Positions 51,751-64,000 are shown, counted from the first letter of the stretch. The stretch is DNA of 64,000 nucleotides from Octopus sinensis (GCF_006345805.1 NC_043002.1:96906001-96970000); one strand, 5' to 3'. Translations and numbers: made by a program. Notes: generated by a model from the letters alone, not told the origin.

Positions 51751-51997
51751 GAGGCGCAATGGCCCAGTGGTTAGAGCAGCGGACTCGCGGTCATAGGATC
51801 GCGGTTTCGATTCCCAGACCGGGCGTTGTAAGTGTTTATTGAGCGAAAACACCTAAAGCTCCACGAGGCTCCGGCAAGAGGATGGTGGTGATCCCTGCTG
51901 TACTCTTTCGCCACAACTTCCTCTCACTCTTACTTCCTGTTTTTGTTGTACCTGTATTTCAAAAGGCCGGCCTTGTCACTCTCTGTATCACGCTGAG
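51749..51997 (+). mobile_element. SINE family 4, tail cut by the adjacent LINE
   Basis: GGAGGCGCAATGGCCCAGTGGTTAGAGCAGCGG..GGTTTCGATTCCC head; ends at TCACGCTGA where LINE sequence begins. Confidence 0.85.
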
Positions 51998-54830
51998 GTG
52001 TTGCTATGTACATCCGTGAGGACCTCACACCCCAGGTCCTCTTGTCATACTCAAACTCGGTGTGTGACACACTAATGTACAATTTAGGCAACTTGATGTA
52101 GTTGTGTGTGCTACATATCGCCCTCCAGATGCCCCAAGCCATGTGGGCAAGTTTGAAGACTGCCTTATAAAAATAGAAGAAATTCTAACCACATTAGAAC
52201 AACACATAGGTGTGCTTCTTATGGGAGACTTCAATCTGCCCAATGTCAGATGGCCCGAGGGCCTTTTCTTCCCCAGAATGACAAGATGTGAACGAGGACA
52301 GGCGAGGTCCCTCCTCTGAACCTCATCAACACCCTGTACATGGAGCAGGTAATACTCCAACCAACCAGGGCAGGTAACACACTGGATCTCTGCTTCACAA
52401 TGACATGGATCTCATCCATAATGTGAAAGTGACACCGACACTCTCTCGGATCACAACATGATAGAGCTGACCATGTACGGCCAAAAAAGAGCACGGACAT
52501 GCAGCCTACAAGAAATCCTCAAAATCTTTCCAGCTTGAACTACCATAAGGCAAACTGGAAACAAATTGAGAAGAGATCCCCTCAAACAAAACTGGCCTAA
52601 ATGTCTCTCCTCGCCAGACATCGACGTGAAACTTCAACAATTCATGTCTGTAATGCAAGCCATATGCTACAAATGTGTCCAGAGAGAAAGGCCACTGTAC
52701 ACAAGAACAAATCCCCAGAGAGAGGAAAATTTTAATGAGACGGCGTACGAAATTTTCAAATCGCCTAAACAACAGATTGAAAGCAGTGAAAAGTCCCGCC
52801 TAAAATAAAACTGTTGGAAATCGAAAATGTCTGCAACTCTCCCCCCATGAAAAAGAAAGCAGACAAAGAAGCCTGGGCTAAAAACATAAAATCTAACCCC
52901 AGAGCTTTCTACAGGTATGCCAAAGAAACAGCTACAGTGCACTGTAGAATAGGGCCACTCCTCGAAAAGGATGGCACACTTACAGGAAACCAATGAGGGT
53001 AAGTGAAATACTGAATGAGCAATTCAAGAGTGTTTCACTCCACCCCTTGGGCATCTCCAAATCACCAATCCAACTGACTTTTTTACCACTGCAGATATAA
53101 ATCAGAGGCGGCGACGATAGATTACATCGATATAAGGAAGACGATGTAACCAAGGCTATAGATGAAATGAAAACAGACTCAGCTACTGGCCCCGATGGAT
53201 TCCCGGCAATCCTCCTAAAAGCATGTAAGAGAGTCCTCCTACAGACCACTGCAGTTCCTCTTTCAGAGCTTCCTTGCAGCTGGCAAACTTCCAGGAAAAC
53301 TGAAGGAAGGTAAAATATGCCCCATTCATAAGGAGGTAGCAGGCGCGGAAGCCAAGAACTATAGACCTATCTCTCTGACCTCACACATCAGCAAGGTCAT
53401 GGAACGAATAGTAAGAAGGAAGCTGATCACCTTCCTTGAAGAGAATGACTTGCCTGCCCGACACCCAACATGGTTTCCGACCAGGGAAACTGTTTAACTC
53501 AGCTCCTACAACACTATGACTGGGTGCTGAAACGGCTGCTCAACCACTCAAATGTGGAAGTGATATATCTCGACTTTGCAAAGGCCTTTGATAAAGTCGA
53601 TCATGGAATGATATGTCACAAACTGCGTGATCTCAACATAGTTGGAAAACTGGGAGAATGGCTTCATGACTTTCTGAAGGATAGAAGTCAGGTGGTAGTA
53701 GCCAATGGGCGCCACCTCCATTAACACACAAAATTGAGCGGTGTTCCGCAGGCACTGTTCTGGGACCACTACTGTTCATAATGGCCCTCTCAGACATGCC
53801 CTCAGCCACGCAGAGAGCCACGATCACAAGTTATGCAGATGATACAAAAGTTTCACAGGCAATACAGAACCCTGAGGACACTAAACACCTGCAATGTGAG
53901 CTGGACGAAATATACAAGTGGGCTGAAAGAATAGCATGCAGTTCAATGCTGAAAAGTTTCAAGCTTTATACTATCAGCATGCAAAACTGAATGCAATACC
54001 CAATGAATACACTGGACCCGGAGGATTGCAATCCCAGAGGCACAATCAGTGCGTGACCTGGGTATTCACATGAGTGATGACGCGACCTTTCATGTACATG
54101 TTGCTAAACTAACAATGAAATGTAGACGGCTGGCTGGATGGATTCTTAGAACCTTAGAACAAGAGAACAAAAAACCATGATGGTCCTCTGGAAGACACTT
54201 GTCCTAAGCCACTTTGACTATTGCTCTCAGCTATGGTCACCATCCAGTGTCAAGTTGATCACAGAACTTGAGGCGACCCAACGAAGCTACACAAAGAAGA
54301 TAGCCTCTATGCAGAATGTAAGCTACTGGGGAAGACTCAAGAGATTAAAATTATATTCTCTGGAGCGTAGGCGGGAAAGATATGCCATAATATACATCTG
54401 GAAGATCCTGGAGGGAAGTGTCCTGAACTTTGGCATCGAGAGTTACGCAAATGCCAGAACTGGGCGCCACTGCGTGGTGCCTAAGACTCCAAACCTGCCA
54501 TCAATATGTAGGACAAGATTCTGTGATAGCCTGGGCTTCCGAGGCCCACGGCTCTTCAATATCCTCCCGAAGAACCTGAGAGACCTGCATGGGGTGGATA
54601 CAGATGTCTTTAAAATGAAGCTGGATCTCTTCCTGTCAGGTGTCCCAGATGAACCAACTTCACGGCAGGAGGGGCAGATGAGGCAGCTGCATCGAACTCT
54701 CTCATGCACCAAATAGCAGTTGCTAGAAGCCTCCATGAAGTGAAACCAAGTAGCAACACCAAATGGCGGTGCCCCAGCATGGCCACAGCTCATAAGCTGA
54801 AACTAGAATCAATCAATCAATCAATCAATC
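51998..54830 (+). mobile_element. CR1-like LINE, 2.8 kb, 5'-truncated in the AP endonuclease, frameshifted
   Basis: EN motifs GVAMYIRE, TYRPP, LMGDFNLP, GNTLDL, SDHN; RT motifs YLDFAKAFDKVDHG and YADDTK; 3' stem-loop and (CAAT)n tail. Confidence 0.92.
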
Positions 54831-54847
54831 ATATATATACATATATA

Positions 54848-55015
54848 ATTGATTGATGATTCTAGTTTCAGCTCATGAGCGCTGTGGCCATGCTGGGGCA
54901 CCGCATATATATATATATAATATATATATTATTTATATATATATATATACACATATATAATTGATTGATTGATTCTAGTTTCAGCTCATGAGCGCTGTGG
55001 CCATGCTGGGCACCC

Positions 55016-55018
<3 letters not shown>
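54848..55018 (-). repeat. two tandem inverted copies of the LINE terminal about 57 bp
   Basis: 54848-54904 and 54960-55018 are reverse complements of 54765-54825; both carry the same CATGAGCGCTG variant. Confidence 0.85.
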
Positions 55019-55049
<31 letters not shown>

Positions 55050-55723
55050 GGGAAAACGAAAAGAAAACCGCGCATCTCTGTTCATTTAGAATATTTAATT
55101 AGAATAAGGTGAAACAAAAAAGGAAAAGTAGGAGTAATTACTAATTACTTCTGCTTCTCCTCTTTTGATTAACCTTCCTCTAATTAAATATTCTAAATGA
55201 CCGGAGATGCTCGTCCTGCCTCGGTTTTGGTTTCCTTTTCTCTTAGGTCGTCTTTGCCTTTCATCCTTTCGGAGTCGATAAATTAAGTACCAGTTGCGCA
55301 CTGGGTTTGATCTAATCGACTGAACCCTACCAAAAAATTTCCCTTTTGAAATACAGATATATGTCTATTTCTGCCAGCTGTGTGGATTCGTGCAACCTAA
55401 AATAAAATGCTCTGCTCAGGCCGGGTATCGAACTCACGACCGTACGATTGTGAACCGAATACCACGCGTATGCTTTGACACACACGTATCTCTCTAACTT
55501 TAGGTATAATCATTTATTTATATATATACATATACACAGAACGAGAGAGACAGAGACAGTGATTTCTCGAGTTATTTCCTGTGGGAAATTATAAACTTGA
55601 GAGAAACCAGGATATGTTCCTAATTATAATAAAATCAGCTGCACTGATATTATATACGTAATTTCCTTTAAAAACTAAGTGCTTAAGCCAACGTGATACA
55701 ATATATTCTACACTTTTACTTAC

Positions 55724-55780
55724 CTTCTGAACTTGATGATGATTACGTTTGGGATGTAGAATGATATAAGTTAATTTCAA
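55724..55780 (-). other. candidate non-coding first exon (donor end) of the secreted-protein gene; upstream boundary unknown
   Basis: Perfect CAGAAG|GTAAGTA donor in apparently unique sequence upstream of an ATG exon that starts at an acceptor site. Confidence 0.3.
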
Positions 55781-56923
55781 ACGCTTGGAGAAAATACATT
55801 GCGGCTGACAACAGCTGTTAGTTTTGTTCTCTGTTGTTATTTGATTTATGATAAGTCATAAATTGCTAAGACACAATATTACAAAGCACCCGATATCATC
55901 TCATTTCTTGCATATCTATGTTCCAGTGTAATCGCCAGCAAGATATAGTTCCAAATAACGATGAAATATATTCGTAAATGTTTTGCAAACAACTTGCACA
56001 TGCAAGTGCTACCAGTCAAAAGCTCCGTATACCGGAAGCCAGAAAGTGTATGGGGTCATCAGGAGAGAATGCGCGCCGTTTCGGGGCCTACCTCTCGCGG
56101 CATCAATGCGCACCGCCCCCCCCTCACTGATATGAGGCCCCGCTTGCTAGATCAGCTGGTTGTAAAGTTAAACTCAATATCCTTCTAGCCATCGCTCATC
56201 GTCTCTTTTTAACCAAATCCAGTGGCTAGCCTTCTCCACTGTAGATTGGATATCAGTCATGGTGGTATTGACTTTACGATGAGTTAGGCCTAGCGATAAC
56301 AACAGTTATAATAAAATATTGGCGTTGTCTTTTTGCAGCAACTAATTTCAGTTTAACACTGTTGGAGAATTACGTCGTAGTTGAAGCAATCTAGGTGTTG
56401 TTAAGGTATTGTTTTAACGTAAGAAATTATTTAAAACCTATTTCATGAGATATCAAAACCTTCGTAGCACAGCTGTAACTTGACTATTGACGCAGTTAAA
56501 CTACAACTCGGAGAAACGCAATATTTTAAAAAATGACATGAATTAGAAGTAGAAGTGATGGTTTCAACATGTCATGTGGCAATTATTTTCGAAGGTAGGT
56601 GGTCTGGGTGAAGCCTTCAATATTTTTGAGTTGTTCTTGACCACCAGGTGACATAATCAGAAACTAGTTGCTGAAACTGAAGCAGTTATCTTCTAGAAGA
56701 TACATTCTATCAATCTATTATCCACAAATTTGTTAGATGTGCTTTAATTATACTTGAAGAGGTGCTATCGTCTATCTCTCTTCATGAAGTAACAAGTAAC
56801 GGATGTTTCTTGATCTCTATATCATTCAATTGTTTTACATGTGACACTTGATAATAATTGGCTTCCAGTATACTAAATAATTTTACTTTTCAATCAATTG
56901 ATGACTTAAAATAATGTGTGTGT

Positions 56924-56990
<67 letters not shown>

Positions 56991-57107
56991 CGTGTGTGTG
57001 TGTGTGTGTGTGTGTATGCGTGTGTTTGTGTGCGTGCAACTAATATATGTCAATGCTTTCCTCACTATATAAACACTTCATGTAATTTCAATGTTAGTAC
57101 TAGATCG

Positions 57108-57333
57108 AATATGCCAGTGGTGCGTTCGAACTCGTAAACAACCCATTCACTGTGTTTTGTCATGAAGAGGAGATAACCACTCCGAAATGTTTGCATTTCA
57201 CAGCCTGGATAGGTGTCGCTGCGAGCAGATTTAGGTGTATTTAGACAATTTGTCTACAGCGAGAAATGTTCTCTATCACAAACAAATTGACTTGCTTGCT
57301 TGTTTACGAGTTCGAACATGCCACTGGCATATT
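57108..57333. repeat. about 34-bp inverted repeats around a degenerate hammerhead-like motif
   Basis: 57108-57141 is inverted at 57300-57333; ATGAAGA GGAG ATAACCA CTCC GAAA TGTT at 57162-57191. Confidence 0.55.
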
Positions 57334-57984
57334 TGAACTTGCATCCATACATATCCCTACTTAGCGCTTCCACCCCGTAACTTCATTTAACGGTTCTGAT
57401 AAAATTATAAGACATCGCACTAACACTCAAACATGAATGCTACGACTCTAATAACCGAAACTGTTGAAAGCTAATAAATGTGCTTACATAGCTCTTGTTT
57501 TTCAGGGGTTTTTTTCTGTCCTTCATTTAAGAAGATTAAATATATGATAACGACCCACTCTTTAGTGGTATTCAGAAACTATCAATGAGGTCACATATTG
57601 TACATTCAGTAAGTAAGCTCTGTGCTTCTTTACTGGTTCATATAAAAGTTTGAAGTGAACATCAGCGAAGTCATACCAGCTCACAACTTAATTTAGTAAC
57701 ATTATGCATTATAAGTGTAATTATTTAGAGTTTTACTGGACTAGTTATTAGTCGATTCTACTATGGAAATTATATACATAATTGTTCAATTCTTTATTTA
57801 ATTTTTCAAGTTTAATTTCTAATATTTTTAATTAAAATTTTTTTAAGACTTTAAATTTTAACTTCTTTAATTTTCCATTTTTCTATTCTTTAGTCCTTCA
57901 ATTCATATTTTTTAATATTTTTAATTACATAATTACTTATTATTTACATTTTTATTTTTCAATTTTATTGTCAATTCTATATAT

Positions 57985-58045
<61 letters not shown>

Positions 58046-58242
58046 ACATTTGTTTCAATTTGATCTTCAATTTTAATTTCAGTTTTAATTTGATTTAACT
58101 TTTCGCTTCATTAGTTTGGAATTCATTGGAGCCCTATTAATTTCAATTTTAACTTTTAATTTCTTTTTAATTTTAAGCCTTTAACCTTTAAATTTTTTCG
58201 GAAGGGTTTTGTTTTTCTATTCTTTTTTTTCCTGTTTAAAAG

Positions 58243-58405
58243 CAGAACCGTTAGCACAATGGATAGAATACACAGCGGTAATTTCGTCCGTCTTTACATC
58301 CTGAGTTCAAATTCCGCCGAGTTCTGTTTTACTATTTATACTTTCGGGGTCGTATCAGTTGGGCACTTGGATCGATGTAACCGATTTACCGATTCCCCGA
58401 AAGTG
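58243..58405 (+). mobile_element. SINE family 2, diverged
   Basis: Family match. Confidence 0.7.
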
Positions 58406-58556
58406 TTGATCTTATACCAAAATTTGATATTAATATTTAATTTTTAGGCATCAAGGTTTTTCATTGTGCTTCGAACCCCAATACCCCTTTTTCCGATGTC
58501 ATTCGCACGCAACTGTGCGATCTATGCACCATCTTTTATATGTTTATTTATTTACT

Positions 58557-58596
58557 ATTGTCCGACGAACGGGAACGTGAAACTTTGGGTAACAAT
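58557..58596 (+). ncRNA. minimal type-I hammerhead with one core substitution (CCGACGA)
   Basis: ATTGT CCGACGA ACG GGAA CGT GAAA CTTTGGG TA ACAAT. Confidence 0.65.
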
Positions 58597-58693
58597 TTTG
58601 TAATGATTTTGCAGCTTTAATTAAAAGTATATTACTCTACCTTTGGTATTCGGATGCTATTTTCCCACCTTGTTTTACACTTACATGTTCACC

Positions 58694-58699
58694 TGTATA

Positions 58700-58772
<73 letters not shown>

Positions 58773-58819
58773 ATATAATAATATATATATATATATATAC
58801 TATATATATATATATATAC

Positions 58820-58862
<43 letters not shown>

Positions 58863-58889
58863 CATATATATATACATATATATATATAT

Positions 58890-58928
<39 letters not shown>

Positions 58929-58932
58929 ATAC

Positions 58933-58987
<55 letters not shown>

Positions 58988-59076
58988 CATATATATATAC
59001 ATACATATATATTATATATATATATACATACATACATATATATACATACTATATATATATATATATAGTATATATA

Positions 59077-59123
<47 letters not shown>

Positions 59124-59150
59124 CATATATATACATACTATATATAATTA

Positions 59151-59183
<33 letters not shown>

Positions 59184-59286
59184 TATATATATATATAATA
59201 TATATATACATACATACATATATATATATATATACATATATATATACATACATATATATATACATACATATATATATATAGATATA

Positions 59287-59317
<31 letters not shown>

Positions 59318-59361
59318 TATATATATATATATATTATATATATATACATATATACATACAT

Positions 59362-59394
<33 letters not shown>

Positions 59395-59395
59395 G
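58694..59395. repeat. about 700-bp compound (TA)n/(TACA)n microsatellite
   Basis: Direct reading. Confidence 0.95.
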
Positions 59396-59643
59396 GCGGG
59401 GGGATCAAGGTTGAAAATGCTAAAATAATTTTATAAAAAACATTTCACTATCGGTTTCGGTCATTGAGACTTCTTCAACTGTAAGTATGGAAGACAATTA
59501 CATATTGGAAAAATTAAATGAAAAGTTTTTTAAAAGGATATTTGCATAGAATTCAAATACAGGGGGCATTTTCCTTGTCTCTGCCTGTCTCTGTCTCTCT
59601 TGTTTACTCTTGTGGGTTCGAGTTCGTTGAGAAATCTTGGCAG

Positions 59644-59788
59644 AGAAGAAGACGAAGAAGAAGAAGAAGAAGAAGAAGAAGAAGAAGAAGAAGAAGAAGA
59701 AGAAGAAGAAGAAGAAGAAGAAGAAGAAGAAGAAGAAGAAGAAGAAGAAGAAGAAGAAGAAGAAGAAGAAGAGAAGAAGAAGAAGAAG
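59644..59788 (+). repeat. (GAA)n trinucleotide tract
   Basis: Direct reading; a related compound AAT/GAA tract lies at about 31340-31560. Confidence 0.95.
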
Positions 59789-59802
59789 GCGTTAATAAAT
59801 AA

Positions 59803-59845
<43 letters not shown>

Positions 59846-60231
59846 ATATATAATATATATATATATATATACATATATACATATGTATCCTTTAACTTAT
59901 AATTTATAATTTTTTCAACCATAAAATCTGATAATCATACCGAAAAGTGTTGTTTCCATTGTACAATCAAATGCCTAGAACGGACGTTTTCTTCCCGCTC
60001 ACGGGCATGGTGTTTCGTGTTTGTAATTGATGGAGCTACGGACACCGGATTTACGACGTCTGAAGAAGTGCGGTGATCGGAGCATCGTTGACAAAGAAAC
60101 TTGACGTCCTTAATATGAGCTTCCATAATTGTATCATTCAAGAAATATAGTCCTCTCTTTCCAGTAATATTCATGTTTATCTCTTTTATCGTCCAACGCC
60201 GCTTGTCAATATATATATATATGTGGTGGAA

Positions 60232-60428
60232 AGGCGGTAAGCTGGCAGAAACGTCAGCACGCCGGGTGTTTCGTCTGGTTTTACGTTCTGAGTTCAAATT
60301 CCGCTGAGGTCGACTTTGCCTTTCATCCTTTCAGTGTCGATAAATCAAGTATCAGTTGCGTTCTGGGTCAATCTAATTGACTGGACCCCTCCCCCAAAAT
60401 TTCAGGCCTTATACCTAGAGTAGAAAAG
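60232..60428 (+). mobile_element. SINE family 2, full length
   Basis: GGCGGTAAGCTGGCAGAAACG...GAGTTCAAATTCC...CCTAGAGTAGAAAAGAAT. Confidence 0.9.
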
Positions 60429-60588
60429 AATATATATGTGGTGGGGAGCGCAAATAGCGGAATTTGCTGCTTAGGAGCCTAGAATTTGAGGTAATTTCCT
60501 GTGTACTCATGTGCACTAATCAAGTTATTTCTACATTATTTACATTATTTACAATTGAAGGATATTTGTCCTCATCTTGTTTGTTGTT

Positions 60589-60634
60589 AACACAACGTTT
60601 CGGCTGATATACCCTCCAGCCTTCATCAGGTGTC
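60589..60634 (-). ncRNA. minimal type-I hammerhead, canonical core, GUU triplet
   Basis: GACAC CTGATGA A GGCTG GAGGGTATAT CAGCC GAAA CG TT GTGTT; palindromic AACGTT stem III. Confidence 0.75.
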
Positions 60635-60715
60635 TTGTGTTAATTTCGAACCTGGGTTCTCATTCCTAAGGTATTTTTCGATGTTGTTGTTGTTGTTGTT
60701 GTTGTTGTTATTATA

Positions 60716-60746
<31 letters not shown>

Positions 60747-60768
60747 TATTATTATTATTATTATTATT

Positions 60769-61885
60769 CAGTAGTATATTTTTTATATTGTGCTTTCACT
60801 TCACTACCGAGCGCAGCTCTGTGTGCCTTGGGTATGTGCTGTGATTTGTTGTGATGCTCTGATGGTTATTGTATGGAAAGTGTTTTGCGTAGGATGTGTG
60901 CAGTGTCTAGTAGTGCAATTTTCTGTATGTTATATGTGTTTGTAAGTCCTGGTGTTTTTGTTATGTATTTGTCTGAATATTTTTTATCATACCTAATGCA
61001 CCTATTATGATAGGAATTGTTTCTGTTTTTAGATTCCACATTCTGGTTACCTCTATTTCCAGGTCTTTGTATTTTGAAAGTTTCTCCATTTCTTTTAGAG
61101 ACACGTTGTCATCCGCTGGTATTGATACATCAATTAGAAAGCATTTTTTTACTTCACGATCTCTGACAAAACTATATCTGGTCTGTTGGCCTTAATTTCT
61201 CTATCTGTGTGTATTGGTATATCCCAGAGTATGATTGCTTTCTCGTTTTCTGTTACCATTTCTGGTGTGTGACTATACCATCTTTTTTCTGTTGTTATTC
61301 CATAATGTTGGCATAGTTTCCAGTGTATATAGGTCCCAACTCTGTCTTATATGTGAATATATTTCTTCTTAGCCAGAACTGGTCAGCCAGAGATAATATA
61401 ATTTATTGTTTTTTGTCCATCTCCACATATTCTGCAGTTACTTGTTATATTTCTTTTCATTACATGTTTTTGGTAATTTCTGGTGGGGAGGCTTTGGTCT
61501 TGTGCTGCAATTAAAAATCCTTCTGTCTCTGCTTTGAGTCCTGAGCTTCTCAACCATTGCTGGGATTTTTTCTTGTCTATGTCTTCTGCATTTAGTTTAG
61601 TCCAGTACTTGCCATGAAGGGGCTTTTCTTGCCATCGTTTTATCATGGTCCGTTGCTGTTCTAGTTTTAGTTTTGATTCCTTTTGCTTTATAGCTTTTGT
61701 TGTGTCTTCTTCTTCTTCTTCTTCTTCTTCTTCTTCTTCTTCTTCTTCTTCATATTTGTTAGGTGGTATGATTTCTTGTTTGTATTTGTCAGCTTCCTTA
61801 AATACTGAGAACAGTTTTTTTATTTTGCTCGTGTTTTTCCTTCTGAAGTATATATTTTTGCAGTCCTATGGTGGTTATTTTATAG
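60769..61885 (-). mobile_element. R4/Dong-like LINE family B, 3' fragment
   Basis: Reverse complement of the 40136-41000 family, extended 5'; (AAT)n on both sides; internal (GAA)n at 61705-61751. Confidence 0.9.
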
Positions 61886-61900
61886 TAGTTATCATCATCA

Positions 61901-62006
<106 letters not shown>

Positions 62007-62022
62007 CATCATCATCATTATT

Positions 62023-62160
62023 CAGGCCACTTCTTGATGAAGGCTTGAGTGTATATCAGCCGAAATGTTGTGTTAACAAGAAACAGGATGAGGACAAATA
62101 TCCGTCAAATGTAAATGTAAATGTACATAATTTCTCATCTCTTAAGTATAGAACTGCAAG
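62023..62160 (+). mobile_element. inverted pseudo-LTR copy with a decayed hammerhead
   Basis: 62034-62125 is the reverse complement of about 60540-60629; core reads TTGATGA...GAAATGTT. Confidence 0.75.
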
Positions 62161-62489
62161 TTATTTCTGTCCAAAACCCACGCTTTAGTAGTACTCAAAA
62201 ACTCTCAATAAGCACTTATTCTGTACCTCCATTGAATTAAATTCTTTTTAACAGTATTTCTCTTATCATTGTTAGCATAATCATTCAGCACGCTACTCCG
62301 AATATTTCGTTTTCAAATTCCATTAACAAATTTTGATTTCTTCATTTCACATACTTAATTCTGTTTCTTCAGTCAACTTATTGAACTTTCATTAAAATCA
62401 AAACTCAAAGTGTTCTTTAAGTATACCAAAGAAATTGCCTCTTTGTGTTGTAAGGTAGGGTCACACCTCCAAAAACGATGGTTCCCTTG

Positions 62490-64000
62490 CAGGAAACCCG
62501 ACGAGGAAAAGTGAGACTCTTAATGAGCAATTAAAAATTGTTTTCACCCCACCATTACGGCACATGCAAGTCAGTAAACTTGTGGAATCGTTTACCATTA
62601 CGGAGGTTAAAAGAGAAGCAGTAACAATTGATTGCATGACCATCAATGAAGAGGATGTAATACTCGCTATAGATGACGTGGACGCAAACTCAGTTGCTGG
62701 CCCCGGTGGATTCCTAGCAATTCTTTTCAACTCATGCAAGCGAACCCTTGCAAAACCACTGCAGCTTCTTTTTCAGAGCTTCCATGTAAGTGGTAATTTC
62801 TCAGGAAAACTGTAGGAGAGAATAATATGCCCTATTCATAAAGAAGGAAGCAGAGCAAATACTAAATACTATAGCCATGCATCTCCGACCTCACACATCA
62901 TCAAAGTCATGGAATGAATAGTTCGAAGGAAACTAATTGCGTTCCTTGAAGAGAATGAATTGCTGACTGATACCCAAAACAGTTTCGACCAAGCAGAAGC
63001 TGCCTGAACAGTTCTTGCCGCACTATTACTGGGTGTAAAAGCTGCTCAACAACTCAAATGTGGATTTAATGCAACTCGACTTCGCAAAATCCTTTGATAA
63101 ATTCGACCATGGTATGCTATATCAAATGCTCCATTATCTCAACATAGTCAGAAAACATGAAGAGTGGCTACATGACTTTCTAAAAGATAGAAGTCGAGTA
63201 ACGATGGCCAATGGTGCTACTTGCAAGGAAATAAAAATAATGAGTGGTGTCCTGCAGGGTACTGCCTTGAGGCAACTATTATACATAGTGGCACTCATAG
63301 AGATGCCCACAGTTGCTCAGATAGCTACCCTTGCTAGCTATGCAGATGATTCTGAAGTTTCTCCTAGGTTATAGAAACTTGGAGATGTTTCAACAGGAGT
63401 TGGACTCAATTTACAGGTGGAGTGAGGAAAATAACATGCAGTTTGATGATAGAAAATTCCAAGCCCTGCGCTACTAACACGCGATGCTGAATGAAATCAG
63501 ACAGGATATACTGACCCGGAAGGTTGCAATCCCTGAATGAAAATCAGTCTGCGACTTGGGCATTGACAGGAATAATAATGCATCTTTTTACGTGATTAGC
63601 AACAAAATGTAGCTTAGCAATATGTGGTTTAGCAGGATAAAATGTAGCTTAGCAGGATTAGCAATAAGATGTAGACGATTGGCCGAATGGATCCTTAGAA
63701 CTTTCAGAACAGGAAACCATGACGGCCTTCTGGGGGACATTTGTCCTCAGCCGTTTAGTTTACTGCTCCCAACTATGATCACAATACAATTCGAAGTAAT
63801 CCAGTGAAGCCACACAAAGAAGATCGTATCAATGCGACATCTCAGTTACAGGGAGAGACTGAAAAAAGTTAAGAACCTAGAACGTAGGTGGATATGCATC
63901 TGAAAAATCCTAGAACTTTGGCATTGAAAGTTATACAAACAGTAGAACGGGGCACCATTGCATAGTACCAAAAATCCCAAAATTGCCATCAGAATACAGG
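62490..64000 (+). mobile_element. CR1-like LINE, older copy, runs off the window
   Basis: ANSVAGPGGFLAIL, LDFAKSFDKFDHG, SGVLQGT, YADDS; colinear with 52980-54500. Confidence 0.88.

Noticed and set aside
51331-51830. tRNA-like sequences (also 12205, 12531, 55410-55468 minus)
   Set aside because: A/B boxes are present, but acceptor stems do not close and the sequences run into SINE bodies. They are SINE heads, not tRNA genes.
56070-56112. Minus-strand TGCGCA TTGATGCC...GGCCCC GAAA CGG CGCGCA
   Set aside because: Core, stem II and cleavage triplet all deviate; too degenerate to call.
58686-58693. Apparent 8-nt minus exon CAG|GTGAACAT|GTAAGT
   Set aside because: It lies at the edge of the hammerhead-bearing pseudo-LTR and a (TA)n tract; more likely TE sequence.
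60055-60108. GACGT CTGAAGA ... GAAA CTTG ACGTC hammerhead-like motif
   Set aside because: Stem I pairs, but there is no UH triplet before stem I' and no clean stem II; at best a decayed copy.

Overview
Eukaryotic, AT-rich DNA dominated by microsatellites and transposons. The repeat families look like an octopus (cephalopod) genome; this is pattern recognition, not a database result. Most ORFs in the supplied track are microsatellite artefacts or TE fragments. Recognisable TE content: mariner transposase remnants; CR1-like LINEs (one long copy at 51998-54830); R4/Dong-like restriction-endonuclease (RLE) LINEs (one near-full-length at about 32850-36843) sitting in (AAT)n tracts; many Penelope-like element (PLE) fragments and pseudo-LTRs; Helitron pieces; and five tRNA-derived SINE families (my labels 1-5). 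Three things stand out. (1) A minus-strand host gene that the ORF track does not assemble: signal-peptide exon 48030-47952, two phase-compatible exons each encoding one copy of a Cys/Trp module (28703-28566 and 26349-26202), and candidate micro-exons. It predicts a small secreted disulfide-rich protein that I cannot assign to a family. (2) About a dozen minimal type-I hammerhead ribozyme motifs from several unrelated PLE-like pseudo-LTR or palindromic families; three have fully canonical cores. (3) A co-oriented chain in which R4-like LINE 3' ends alternate with a roughly 550-bp non-coding element of unknown origin across (AAT)n spacers. TE boundaries are approximate; exon and ribozyme coordinates were counted base by base.
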